NCBI GenBank assembly: GCA_965223325.1
Contig: CBDCWI010000002.1
Location: forward strand, 2,176,001 to 2,240,000
DNA: 64,000 nucleotides
Direction: 5' to 3'
From: Candidatus Multivoradales bacterium
GTDB lineage: Bacteria; Acidobacteriota; Thermoanaerobaculia; Multivoradales; Multivoraceae
Positions within the stretch are counted from its first letter, which is position 1; each line of letters starts with the position of its first letter. Shown here in pieces: positions 19,610 to 29,455 of this stretch. Both the position numbers and the translations under genes were made by a program. The notes under the pieces are model-generated. The model was not told the DNA's origin, searched no databases, and saw only the letters and a list, made by a program, of their open reading frames with translations.

Positions 19610-19825
19610 TGCATCGACCAAAGAAGTCGCGATTGTCATGCAACGAATCCTTGTCTGGAGCGTCTTCTATAGGAGAGGCCTCTTCCACTCCTCCTTCCAC
19701 GCACACTCCTCGGGAGAGGCCTCTCATCTAGATCGCGACCGTCACGTCGGGGCAAGCAGGAAACAACCTTGAAGCAGATTCCAAGCCGTCGTGCACGCGT
19801 TTCACCGAGCTATCGGTTGGCGCGG

Positions 19826-20143
19826 ATGCTCGTCGCCGGCGTCTATTCGGCGCCGGTGTCGGCGGCTGCCCATGAAGACGCGAGTGAGCGGCTCGACCAG
19901 CTGCGCCGGCGGGCCGTCGCGACGGCGACCCACACGCTCGCCCAGGAAGACGGGGCGACGGATCAGACTGGCGATGCGTTAGCGATCACCCGGAGTCTCG
20001 GTGAGAAGATCGCCGAGTGCCAGGAGACCGGCAGCCTGGCCGAAGAGACTGCGTTGCAGCTCCTCGAGCTCCAGGGTCAACTGCTGGCTTCGCTCGCCGA
20101 CGAGGACCAGCCGACCGGCGACCCGCAGGGCGAGCCGTCCTAG
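19826..20143 (+). CDS. hypothetical helical protein
   Basis: ORF with genome-like codon use; TAG stop is the left CTAG of the MITE; start uncertain (19769 TTG or later). Confidence 0.5.
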   Translation: MLVAGVYSAPVSAAAHEDASERLDQLRRRAVATATHTLAQEDGATDQTGDALAITRSLGEKIAECQETGSLAEETALQLLELQGQLLASLADEDQPTGDPQGEPS

Positions 20144-20305
20144 TACCCCGTACCATTGAAACGGATAGTGGCTGAGTGGATGATCGTGCTCGAGATCAAG
20201 GCGTCACGACAGAGGCATATTGGTGATCTGTCGAGGAGTGACAACACAGAGATCGAGCGCGAGGACCGCGCAGACGCTGTGCGTTTCAATGGTACGGGGT
20301 ACTAG
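20140..20305. mobile_element. 166-bp MITE, copy 1
   Basis: Perfect 24-bp terminal inverted repeat CTAGTACCCCGTACCATTGAAACG; second copy at 58372-58537 differs at 2 positions; no transposase. Confidence 0.88.
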
Positions 20306-21771
20306 GCGCCCGGCGCCTCCAGTCCGAGAAGCCCAAACAAGTCGTGCGCTGCCTGGTCGACGTCCTCTCGACTGTCGCCGATGACGATGGCGTCGAGCTT
20401 GCCGGAGTGCTCTAGCGGACCAACGTTGTAGAAGATGTAGCGTCCACTCCCCCGCTCGACATTCCACAGCGCGTCTCCGACCGCTGCGAGAATGTCGTTG
20501 AAAGGGCGACCGACCAGTGCTTCTGCCACCACATCCTGCGCCCGGTAGAGCGGGCGCGGTGTCCCGAGCAGTCGATCGACCAGGCTCATCGGAGTGCTCG
20601 TGCCGCCCCAGCGACCGTTGCACTCAACGAACAGAAGCCGAGGTTCGGCCGCGCCCTCTCCAATCATCAGATGATCGAACGAGCAGCGACCGACGTATCC
20701 CATTCCCTGAAGCGCCGAGGCGACGCGGAGAGCGGCGCTCCCCAGCCGTTCGAGGACCGAAGGTGGCAACTCGGCCGGCCGCGAGCCGACGAAGACCCCC
20801 TCCGAACCTTCGAGGATCTGCTCGTAGACGCCGTCGAGTCTCGGCGGACCAAGTGAGACCGGCGGAATCAACAGCTGGGTTGACGGCGAAAGGGCGGCGT
20901 CTTCCCAAACCACCACCAGAACCTCTTCTTGCCCGTCCCACAAGGTGCGTTCGAGAAAAACGCGGGCGGTTTCGTGGATCGCCGCTTGCGACTGGCGGTG
21001 CAGGTCCTCGCCGTCGAGTACCAGGTTACCCATGGCTGACGCGCATCGCAGACGCTTGATGGCGACGCGATGGTTCTTCGCCGAGAAGAAGACCAGCGCG
21101 TCCGTGACCTCTTCGACCGTCGAACAGCAGCGACTCTCGACCAGCCACTCGCTGCCAACCGTCGTCGCCACCACGCGCTCGAAGAGCGCCTTGTCGTTCG
21201 CCCACCAGGTGACGTCGGGAGGCGGCGCGATGACTTCGACGTCCACCTCGGCCGCTTGCTGGACGGAGGCCGCGAGTTCCCACACCGCCTCGATGCCCAT
21301 GAAGGGTTCGATGGCGAGGCCGCGGTGGGATCTGGCATGCGCGCAGATCTGTTCGAACACTGGGCCCTCAGCACACCCACGGGCGACTTCGAGCAGTCGC
21401 CCCGAGGTCTCAGGATGGACGAGCCCGGGCGCCCCCAGCCCGAGGGTCTCCTGGCAGTACGCCTCGTAGCCAGCGGCCGGCTGCGTCGCGGTCGCCAAGA
21501 GATCGCCGTCGCCAGCCCGCAGCCGCGCCCGGTGTTGATACTCCTCCACCCCGGCGATGTCGTCGAGAAAGGGGATGCCAGAAACATCGTCGAAGTGAAG
21601 GGTCGCGATGTCGTTCTCACCCGTCCAGCAGAGCGACTGCCACCGCGGGTCGGGCGCGACACCTGCCTCTTCGCCCAACGTGCGCCCGTTGTTCCTGGCG
21701 GTCAACCAGTCTGATTCGACGATCTCGATCTGTCCGGGCTGAACCGGTTCCATAGCAACTCTTGGAGGCAT
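20302..21771 (-). CDS. preATP-grasp / ATP-grasp domain ligase (PGM1-like)
   Basis: NDKALF, K...ASAMGN, SPSTQ, EQIL, GYVGRCSFD, FVECNGRWGGTSTP; start may be 21753. Confidence 0.75.
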   Translation of the reverse strand: MPPRVAMEPVQPGQIEIVESDWLTARNNGRTLGEEAGVAPDPRWQSLCWTGENDIATLHFDDVSGIPFLDDIAGVEEYQHRARLRAGDGDLLATATQPAAGYEAYCQETLGLGAPGLVHPETSGRLLEVARGCAEGPVFEQICAHARSHRGLAIEPFMGIEAVWELAASVQQAAEVDVEVIAPPPDVTWWANDKALFERVVATTVGSEWLVESRCCSTVEEVTDALVFFSAKNHRVAIKRLRCASAMGNLVLDGEDLHRQSQAAIHETARVFLERTLWDGQEEVLVVVWEDAALSPSTQLLIPPVSLGPPRLDGVYEQILEGSEGVFVGSRPAELPPSVLERLGSAALRVASALQGMGYVGRCSFDHLMIGEGAAEPRLLFVECNGRWGGTSTPMSLVDRLLGTPRPLYRAQDVVAEALVGRPFNDILAAVGDALWNVERGSGRYIFYNVGPLEHSGKLDAIVIGDSREDVDQAAHDLFGLLGLEAPGA

Positions 21772-21874
21772 CGGACGGGGATCCTATCCGCCTCGAGCCC
21801 AGGCCTGGAGTAGGAGCGCGCCGCGGTAGGCTGGCGCCGACTCCACAATCCGAGTGCCAGACCGGAAAGAGCCT

Positions 21875-24496
21875 ATGAACGCACCAAGAACCAGCCGACG
21901 CACCCTAGGCGGTCTCACACCGCTTTTCCTCACCGCTCTCTTGGCCAGCGGTTTGTTGCAAACCGCCTCCCACGCGGCCGCCCCGATCACCCTCGACCGC
22001 GACCTCACCCAGCGGGTCGAAGCCCTGCTCGCCGACATCGAGCGCCAGCCGACTTCTCGAGACACCCTGGTCGAGCGCTCTCGGGTGCTGTGGGATTGGG
22101 CCAATGCCCTGTCGCTCGAGGGGGTCTACATCCCCAAGATGCTGCCGGTGGTGGTAGCGCGCGCTCCCGCACCACGTCCTGGGACACGCGCACCCGCAAG
22201 CTACCCCACCGACCTCGACAACTACGCACACTTCCTCGCGATGATGCAGGAGGACAGGGATGCCCTGGGCTACGCCGAGCTCAACGAGCACCCGGCATCT
22301 CCGGTGGACTCCTTCCAGACCCTCACCGTCACCTTGACCGTCGGCACCCTCGGCATTCCGGTTGGCGGCGGGATTCTGGTATCGCAGTACATGGGTAGAG
22401 CGATGTCTCGCCTCCAAACCACAGATCCAGCTGCCGCCGGCTACCTGACTGTCAAGGCGAGCCGCAAGGCGACCGAGTTCGAGATCCAGGAAGGGTCGGT
22501 CGTCGGGCCCTACGGCGGCTTCCGAGCTGCGGTCACGTTCCCGAAGTACATCGTGCGAGGTGAAGCGCTCGAACCTGGCGACACCGTCACCATCATCTAC
22601 GGCGATACGTCAGGTGGCGGCCCAGGAGTGCAAATCGGGACCTACACCAACGACGGAACACCCCTGCCCCTGTTCGTCGACCCCGGCGACGGTATCGACT
22701 ACGAGCTCAAAGCTCCGACCTTCGCCATCACGGGCGGGCCGGTGGCGGGTGTTCACGGGTTCGCGCCGTCGATTGTCGGAGTCGGCGAGACCTTCGAGGT
22801 CTCGGTGCGCAGTGAAGACGTCTACTACAACCGGGCTGTCGGTGACATGCCGGCCTGGAAGGTAGCCATAAACGGTGAGCCCTGGGGGGAGATCCCAGCC
22901 GACGGTGAGGCCATCCACCTCATCGACGCCACATTCGACCAACCTGGGGTCTACCGGTTCCAGTTCACCAGCAACGATGGTGCGCTCACCGGCACCGCCA
23001 ACCCGGTGTGGGTCAAAGAGAACCCGGAAGAGCGGCTCTACTGGGGCGAAACCCACGGTCACTGTGGTTTCGCGGAAGGGGTCGGCACGCCGGAGGGCTA
23101 CTACCGCTTCGCCTGGGAAGACGCTCGGCTCGACTTCGCCACTCTCTCCGAGCACGACATCTGGCTCTCCGACCGCGAGTGGCAGATTCTCAACGAAGTC
23201 TCGGCCGACTTCCGTCGAACGACCGGCCTGGTGACCTACCCCGGCTACGAGTGGACCTCCGACCGTGCGCGCGGTGGTCACCACAACGTGCTCTTCCGGC
23301 AGATCGGCATGGAACGCGTTCCGGCCCAGTCTGCCCCGGATCTCAACCAGCTCTACAGCCAACTCGATCGCACTCACGCGCCCGAAGACGTGCTGGTGAT
23401 CCCGCACGCCCACCAGGCCGGCGATTGGCGCCTGAGTGACCTTTCGTTCGAGCGCCTGATCGAGATCATGTCGGGGCACGGTACGTTCGAGTGGTTCGGT
23501 CAGCGCTACCTCGAGAATGGCTGGCGCGTCGGCTTTCTCGGTGCCAGTGACGACCACCTCGGACACCCCGGGTACTCGAACGGTGGCCAGGCACGCGGAC
23601 GACGAGTCCGCTCGAACATCTTCCAATTCGGTGGACTCGCCGCGGTGTATTCCCAGGAACGGTCAGCCGACGCGATCTTCGCCGCCATGCGCGCCCGCTC
23701 GACCTACGCCACCTCGGGCGCCCAGCGCATCATCGTCGACGCTTCGCTCAACGGTGAGCCGATGGGAAGCGAAGTCGCCGAGGACCCCGGCGAAGAACGC
23801 CTGAGAAAGCTCACCGGGCGCGTCATCGGCACCGCGCCGATCGAGCGCATCGACCTGATCCGGAACGGTGAGACCATCGACAGTGTCGCCGGTTTCGAAG
23901 GCACGAACGCTCCAGGAAGCCAGAGCAACGTGCGGCTGGTGGTGAGCTTCTTCTCCGACTCCGAGACCTTCTTTCGCGACAATCCTCGGGGCCAGAGGCC
24001 GTGGGACGGAACCTTCACGGCCGACGGTGCCACCATCGAGAGCCTCGAGATGCTCGGCAAGGTCAGCTACCTGCACGATCAGGCGGAGCTGCGTGACGGT
24101 GTCGCCAGCTTCTCGGTTGCAACCCGCGGCAGCGCCCGAACGTTGCTGCTCGAGCTCACCGACGTCTCGCCCGGCGCAGAACTCCGCTTCGTGCTCGACG
24201 CCGCCCGCGAGGTCGGCCGCGCCCCCACCGTCGTCAGAAGGTCGGCAAGGTTCGAACCGGCCCTGTTCTCACTCGCTGTTCCAACCGACTCGAAAGCCGC
24301 CGCGCATGCTCTGGACGCAGGCCGCTGGCAGGATGTGGTCTCCATCCAGCGTGCCGACCAACCGCGCGACGACATCTCCTTCGAGTTCGAAGACACCGGC
24401 GACCCGGGCGACTGGTACTACCTGCGAGTCGTCCAGGTCGACGGCCACCGCGCCTGGGGAAGCCCCTGGTGGGTTGGCGGCGAACCGCCCCGCTGA
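21875..24496 (+). CDS. secreted DUF3604 / PHP-like metallohydrolase
   Basis: Signal peptide; YWGETHGH, SEHD, GYEWT, GHHNV, IPH, EI.SGHG, GASDDH, YATSG, YYLRVVQ.DG..AWGSP. Confidence 0.82.
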   Translation: MNAPRTSRRTLGGLTPLFLTALLASGLLQTASHAAAPITLDRDLTQRVEALLADIERQPTSRDTLVERSRVLWDWANALSLEGVYIPKMLPVVVARAPAPRPGTRAPASYPTDLDNYAHFLAMMQEDRDALGYAELNEHPASPVDSFQTLTVTLTVGTLGIPVGGGILVSQYMGRAMSRLQTTDPAAAGYLTVKASRKATEFEIQEGSVVGPYGGFRAAVTFPKYIVRGEALEPGDTVTIIYGDTSGGGPGVQIGTYTNDGTPLPLFVDPGDGIDYELKAPTFAITGGPVAGVHGFAPSIVGVGETFEVSVRSEDVYYNRAVGDMPAWKVAINGEPWGEIPADGEAIHLIDATFDQPGVYRFQFTSNDGALTGTANPVWVKENPEERLYWGETHGHCGFAEGVGTPEGYYRFAWEDARLDFATLSEHDIWLSDREWQILNEVSADFRRTTGLVTYPGYEWTSDRARGGHHNVLFRQIGMERVPAQSAPDLNQLYSQLDRTHAPEDVLVIPHAHQAGDWRLSDLSFERLIEIMSGHGTFEWFGQRYLENGWRVGFLGASDDHLGHPGYSNGGQARGRRVRSNIFQFGGLAAVYSQERSADAIFAAMRARSTYATSGAQRIIVDASLNGEPMGSEVAEDPGEERLRKLTGRVIGTAPIERIDLIRNGETIDSVAGFEGTNAPGSQSNVRLVVSFFSDSETFFRDNPRGQRPWDGTFTADGATIESLEMLGKVSYLHDQAELRDGVASFSVATRGSARTLLLELTDVSPGAELRFVLDAAREVGRAPTVVRRSARFEPALFSLAVPTDSKAAAHALDAGRWQDVVSIQRADQPRDDISFEFEDTGDPGDWYYLRVVQVDGHRAWGSPWWVGGEPPR

Positions 24497-24543
24497 CGAC
24501 TTGACAGACGGTTGCCGAAGGGTGCGCCGAGGAAACAGAGCGC

Positions 24544-25905
24544 CTACTCGGCGCCTGACTCCTGCTCCGCCTTTTGGCGACGCTGCTCCTCGCGCATTTT
24601 CCGCATCGCCTCCATCTGCTCGCGGATTCCTTCCGGTACCGAGTAGGTGGGCATGTCGGCCTGCTTGCTCTGGTCGACGTAGCTGTAGTGCAGGAAGCCG
24701 ACCATCATCTCGTCGGTAGTCTTCTCCCCGAAACGGACGCGGATGGTCGGATCAGGATTGAGCGGATTGTCCGCTGAGTTGTCGAACACCGCATCCACCT
24801 TGATCTTCGTGCCCGCCGGTACCCGGGTGGGTTCGGTTGGGGTGTAGGTGAGCTGCCAGTTGAAGTCATAGTCGACAACGTCGACGAGCACCTCTTCGGT
24901 CCCATCGGGATACTCGGCAGCAAAGCGCATCGCCTTGCCGCGCAGGTGCATGTGCGGTGTGTAGTTGAACAAGAGCGCGTCATGCTCGGCGACAAACGAC
25001 GACGACGACTGGTAGTTCGCCTCGCCTGGGGCGATGTCGAGAATCGGGTTGACGATCCACATCGTCGAGATGATGTTCTCGGGCTGCTCGTCATGGAAGG
25101 TCATCGCCACTGAGGTCTGGTCGATGCCACCAGTGCCCGGCCCCGGAGTCTTGTGGTAGTGCATCTGGAAGAAGACCGTGCTGTTGGCCGGGAGCCGCTT
25201 GCCGTAGCCGTCGGGGTAGACCATCGGTTCGACGCCAGGGCCCCAGCCACTGACGAAGTCGAGATCAATCGCGCCAGCGCCCTGGATGCTGGCGATGGTG
25301 GCGTCGGGCGGCCCGAGGTAGGTCAGGTTGTGGTGGACAGCCTCGGCGAACGTGGCGTGCACTTCCATCGCCTTGATCCACCGGTCCTCGTCGAGGTGGT
25401 TCTCGATCTGCACCCACTGGTAGTGGTCTTCCATCTCGTCGGTGACCTCGAACGGCTCCATGGTGAAGACCACGTCGGGCTCACCGATCTGCCATTGGCT
25501 CGAAAACTGCGGAGGCTCTGGCGCCTTCGCGATATCGCCTGCCGGCGCGCCGGCCTCGACCCAGCGCGCCAGGAGGTCGATCTGCTCCTCGGTGAGGGTC
25601 GGATCTTCGACGAACTCACCATGCTCGGGGTTGGCAAACCAGGGCGGCATGGTGCGGTCATGGGTTACCGCCCGAATCGACTTCGCCCACGGCCGGGTTT
25701 CTTCGTAACTGAGCAGCGACATCGGCGCCGTCTGCCCGGGGCGATGGCAGCGTGCGCACTTGTCGAACAAGAGCGGCGCCACATGCTCGGCCCAGGTGAC
25801 GTCTGAAACGTCGTTGTTCGAAGAAGCGGCTGGCGGCGCGGCAACCGCCGCCATCGCCAGGAGGGAGAGAGCCAAGACGGAAACGAAGAGCTTGCCAGTG
25901 TTCAT
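24544..25905 (-). CDS. secreted cytochrome c plus copper type II monooxygenase-like protein
   Basis: Signal peptide; CARCH heme motif, MPPW, VHH, QMHY, PHMHLRGK, YDFNWQ, DEMM. Confidence 0.82.
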   Translation of the reverse strand: MNTGKLFVSVLALSLLAMAAVAAPPAASSNNDVSDVTWAEHVAPLLFDKCARCHRPGQTAPMSLLSYEETRPWAKSIRAVTHDRTMPPWFANPEHGEFVEDPTLTEEQIDLLARWVEAGAPAGDIAKAPEPPQFSSQWQIGEPDVVFTMEPFEVTDEMEDHYQWVQIENHLDEDRWIKAMEVHATFAEAVHHNLTYLGPPDATIASIQGAGAIDLDFVSGWGPGVEPMVYPDGYGKRLPANSTVFFQMHYHKTPGPGTGGIDQTSVAMTFHDEQPENIISTMWIVNPILDIAPGEANYQSSSSFVAEHDALLFNYTPHMHLRGKAMRFAAEYPDGTEEVLVDVVDYDFNWQLTYTPTEPTRVPAGTKIKVDAVFDNSADNPLNPDPTIRVRFGEKTTDEMMVGFLHYSYVDQSKQADMPTYSVPEGIREQMEAMRKMREEQRRQKAEQESGAE

Positions 25906-26044
25906 CGAGTGACCTTCCGAGAGTTGGTGGAGCAATGCGACACCAGAGGCGGCTGCGCGACGGTGTCGAGCAAGCCAAGTGTAGCGCGGCTCCCTACCAG
26001 CGCCACCGAGCGTCGCGAGCCCAACGCGTCGTGGTTCACTCCCC

Positions 26045-27556
26045 TTACCCTCTAGCACCGTCATCACCGAAGAGTGCGCGCGCCCTCTGGCGATCGAGCT
26101 TGCCCGTCGGCCCCACCGGCAGCTCCTTGACCGCGAGCCAGCGCCGCGGGCACTTGTAGCCGGCAATCTCCGAACAGAGCGCCTCGTGTACGCGACCGAT
26201 GAGCCGCTCGGTGTCCGCTGGAGGGTTCTTCGCCACGACGACGGCCGCAACGATCTCGCCCCACTCCGGATCCGAGAGCCCGCACACCAGCGCTGCGGCG
26301 ATCTCCTCGTGCCGCTCGATCGCCTGCTCCACTTCGACTGGATCGACATTCTCACCGCCGGTGACGATCCGATCCGTGCGCCGGCCAAAGACCTCGAGCC
26401 GCCCCTCTTCGTCGAGCCGACCGTAGTCGCCGGTGGCGAACCAGCGATCTCGCCGGTGTGGTTCGAACAGGCCGGCACGCCAACGACCGAGCATGAGGTG
26501 GTCGCCACGCACTTCGATCTCGCCATCGGCTTGGATGCGCACGTCGGTTCCGGCGAGCGGTTTGCCCACCCCTCGCCTGGCACTCCGGCGTTCGGACCGC
26601 CGAAGAAGCTCCGGGGATTCGGTAGCAATCTGAGACGCCGCCTCGGTCATTCCATAGGTGCTGAGAACGGGCCAGCCCCGAGACGCCGCCTCGTCGATCA
26701 GTGCCGGCGACGCCGCTGCTCCACCCACCAACATCGCGCGCAGGTGCGGAGGCGAATCGAGCGCCGGCGACGCGTCGAGCAGACGTCGCAGCATCGTCGG
26801 CACGACCGAACAGATGGTGACTCCGTGGCGCTCGACGGTACCCACGAACTCGCGAGCACGGAACCTGGTGCCGTCGGCGAGTACGACAGCCATTCCGTCT
26901 CTCAGACAGCGCGTCAGAATCGAAAGGCCTCCGACATGCGCCACCGGCAAGCTCAAAAGCCAACGATCATCCGCATGGACACCCAGGTTCTGCGCACTGG
27001 CAGAGGCCGCGCGCGCCATGGCCTGGCGCCCGAGAGCGACCGCCGTCGGACTGCCCGAAGAGCCTGATGTGAAAACGACGGCGAGCACCTGCTCGCGCGC
27101 TGCCCGCTCGAGGCCTGGCCCGTTGCCGCCCGCACTCTGCTCGTCGAGCGCACCGAGGCGGGCAACCTCCTCCTCAGCGAGGATCGGGCAACCACCGATC
27201 GCGGCGACTGCCCGCGCACGCTCGCCAGCAGTCCAGCGCGGAGGCAGAAGCGCAAAGGGCGTTTGGCTGTCGATCAAGGCCAGGACAACGACAACCGACT
27301 CGAGGTCCCTGCCGGCGACGACTGCTATGGGCGGCGGCTGGTCGGCAGCAGGGCTTGTCGCGGTTCGAACCTCGAGGAGTGGCCATCGCTCCTTGACCCT
27401 CTCGGCAGCACCTCGCAGCGCGCAGTAACTCAGTTGTCCGCTCGGGCTCACGATCGCCGGACGGTCCTGGAACATCGCGGCGGCGCCCGCCAGAGAGAAG
27501 GGATCGGTAGCTTGGGCGTGCCCAGGTTCGAACTCGATCGCCATCTCGGGGGCCAC
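26045..27556 (-). CDS. menE: o-succinylbenzoate-CoA ligase
   Basis: FTSGSSGSP, LSLPVAHVGG, TYGMTEAASQ, TGD.G, TGGENV; men operon context. Confidence 0.85.
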   Translation of the reverse strand: MAPEMAIEFEPGHAQATDPFSLAGAAAMFQDRPAIVSPSGQLSYCALRGAAERVKERWPLLEVRTATSPAADQPPPIAVVAGRDLESVVVVLALIDSQTPFALLPPRWTAGERARAVAAIGGCPILAEEEVARLGALDEQSAGGNGPGLERAAREQVLAVVFTSGSSGSPTAVALGRQAMARAASASAQNLGVHADDRWLLSLPVAHVGGLSILTRCLRDGMAVVLADGTRFRAREFVGTVERHGVTICSVVPTMLRRLLDASPALDSPPHLRAMLVGGAAASPALIDEAASRGWPVLSTYGMTEAASQIATESPELLRRSERRSARRGVGKPLAGTDVRIQADGEIEVRGDHLMLGRWRAGLFEPHRRDRWFATGDYGRLDEEGRLEVFGRRTDRIVTGGENVDPVEVEQAIERHEEIAAALVCGLSDPEWGEIVAAVVVAKNPPADTERLIGRVHEALCSEIAGYKCPRRWLAVKELPVGPTGKLDRQRARALFGDDGARG

Positions 27557-28480
27557 TCAGCTACCGAGCCGAATGCCGACAGCGAGGAGCAAGCAGAACC
27601 ACAGCATGAGCCGGGCGGTGCCCGCCAGAGTGCGATTGAGCTCGCGCCCCTCTCGCCCCCAGACCTGGCGCACCCTGGTCCCGGCCAGTGGCACCAAGAC
27701 CCAGGGTAGGAGTGCCCAGCCACCAACCGCGCGGAGTTCTGGGTCACTGCGCACCAACATTGGAAGGAAGGTCAAGAGAAACGCTGAGGCGACGACGAAA
27801 AGGTACTCGAAGCGCGTTGCCCGGGCGCCGAACCGCACCGCCAGGGTGCGCTTTCCGGCCTCGCGATCGGTCGGAATGTCGCGCAGGTTGTTGACGATCA
27901 GGATCGCAACTGCCAGGAGGCCCGGCATGATCGAAGCCCAGATCGCCAAGGGCGCCAACTCGCCCACCTGCACCCAGACCGTGCCGAGGACCGCCACCGG
28001 ACCGAAGAAAGCGAACACGAACACCTCACCCAGGCCGAGATAACCGAGCGGGTAGGGACCGCCTGTATAGAGCACGGCGGCGGCTATCGACGCCACACCG
28101 ATGGCTACAACAGCTGGGCCAGCGATCCACAGCAGGTAGAGGCCGGCCAGCATTGCCAACGCAAACGAAATCCAGGTCGCGGCCCAGACGTGGTGCTCGC
28201 TGAGCGCACCCGACTGGAGCGCCCGCGGCGGTCCGAGACGGTCGGCATTGTCAGCGCCGCGACGATAATCGCCGAGATCGTTGGCGTAGTTGGCGCCGAT
28301 CTGAAGGAAAACAGCTCCCAGGAGCGCGGCAATGGCGGGACCCAGGCGAAACCCATCGAGAGCCGCGGCACACGCCCAACCGATCACCACCGGCGCCACG
28401 GCAGCCGGCAAGGTCTGCGGGCGCGCCCCCATCCGCCAGGCGCGCCACGAACCCGCTGCAACTGGAGGCGTATTGGTAAT
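27557..28480 (-). CDS. menA: 1,4-dihydroxy-2-naphthoate polyprenyltransferase
   Basis: [42 protein letters not shown]...GKRTLAVR; start uncertain (ATG 28432 or ATT 28480). Confidence 0.92.
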   Translation of the reverse strand: MTNTPPVAAGSWRAWRMGARPQTLPAAVAPVVIGWACAAALDGFRLGPAIAALLGAVFLQIGANYANDLGDYRRGADNADRLGPPRALQSGALSEHHVWAATWISFALAMLAGLYLLWIAGPAVVAIGVASIAAAVLYTGGPYPLGYLGLGEVFVFAFFGPVAVLGTVWVQVGELAPLAIWASIMPGLLAVAILIVNNLRDIPTDREAGKRTLAVRFGARATRFEYLFVVASAFLLTFLPMLVRSDPELRAVGGWALLPWVLVPLAGTRVRQVWGREGRELNRTLAGTARLMLWFCLLLAVGIRLGS

Positions 28481-28551
28481 CGGTCTTCTCGCTGCCAGCT
28501 ACCGGGGCACGCCCGGCTGGCCTCTAGTGGCGGTTGTTGAGTTGGAAGAGC

Positions 28552-29403
28552 TCAGCCCTTGCGGCGACGCTCGATCTCGGCATGCATCTCGTCGATTCGA
28601 AGGGCCGTGGAATCCAGAGTCACCAGGTCGGTGGGTCGCGGCGCCGACAAGAGCCGGGCGAGCTCGTCGGGCGCTTCGAGCAGCAGATTGTGACCGGCCC
28701 CGGCAATGCGTCGGACGGCACACTGGGTCAACTCGGTCGCCATGCGCTCGGCAATCGCGGAAAACTTCTCATCGAGCGCGCCAACCACCAGGGTGACCGG
28801 CAGTTCGAGCGCTGAAAGCTGGGGCCACAGGTTGGGCATTCGGCCGAGAGAGAAGGCGCGCAACGCCGCTGCCAGACCCGCTCCGTCGAGGGCTTCGCGT
28901 CGTGCTCGTTCGCGGGCCAGACGCGGCGCGTCGGCCCGCTTCTCGATGCCCTCGAAAACCGGCTGCGCGAACCAGTCGTCGAGCACTGAACCGACCGACT
29001 CGCTCTCGAAACGCTCTGCCCAACGCTCATCAGAGGCCAAGCGCTCGCGGCGCTCGCCGTCACTCTCGAGGCCCGGCGAGACCCCCAACAGAGTCGCCCA
29101 GCGCACATGTCCTGACCGCCACAGGTGAGGGTGTTCGGCGAGCGCCAGGAGCAGCAACCGAGCGCCCAGCGAGTATCCCAAGAGATGAACTGGAGCCTCG
29201 GCCTTCTGGATCTGCTCAGCCAGACGAGCCGCCTCCGCCTCCATGCTCGGGATCGACCCGCTCGCGTCGCCGTCGCCCCCGGCCGGGCGATGGCCGGAGA
29301 TTCCAAGGCCGGTGACCGTTCGATCACCTGGCAACGCTCCGACGACATCCTCGAAGCTCTCGCAAGAACCGAGAAAGCCGTGTAGATGTGCGATGGTCGT
29401 CAT
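28552..29403 (-). CDS. menH: SHCHC synthase (alpha/beta hydrolase)
   Basis: LHGFLG, GYSLGAR, SPGL, D.KF, AGHN; position after menD. Confidence 0.85.
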   Translation of the reverse strand: MTTIAHLHGFLGSCESFEDVVGALPGDRTVTGLGISGHRPAGGDGDASGSIPSMEAEAARLAEQIQKAEAPVHLLGYSLGARLLLLALAEHPHLWRSGHVRWATLLGVSPGLESDGERRERLASDERWAERFESESVGSVLDDWFAQPVFEGIEKRADAPRLARERARREALDGAGLAAALRAFSLGRMPNLWPQLSALELPVTLVVGALDEKFSAIAERMATELTQCAVRRIAGAGHNLLLEAPDELARLLSAPRPTDLVTLDSTALRIDEMHAEIERRRKG

Positions 29404-29455
29404 GATCCCTCGAGCGAAAAGAACTCGCTACCTGCGAATGCTACGACGAAACGGG

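Noticed and set aside
20140-20305. MITE as tRNA, riboswitch or autonomous IS
   Set aside because: No cloverleaf or recognisable aptamer, and far too short for a transposase.
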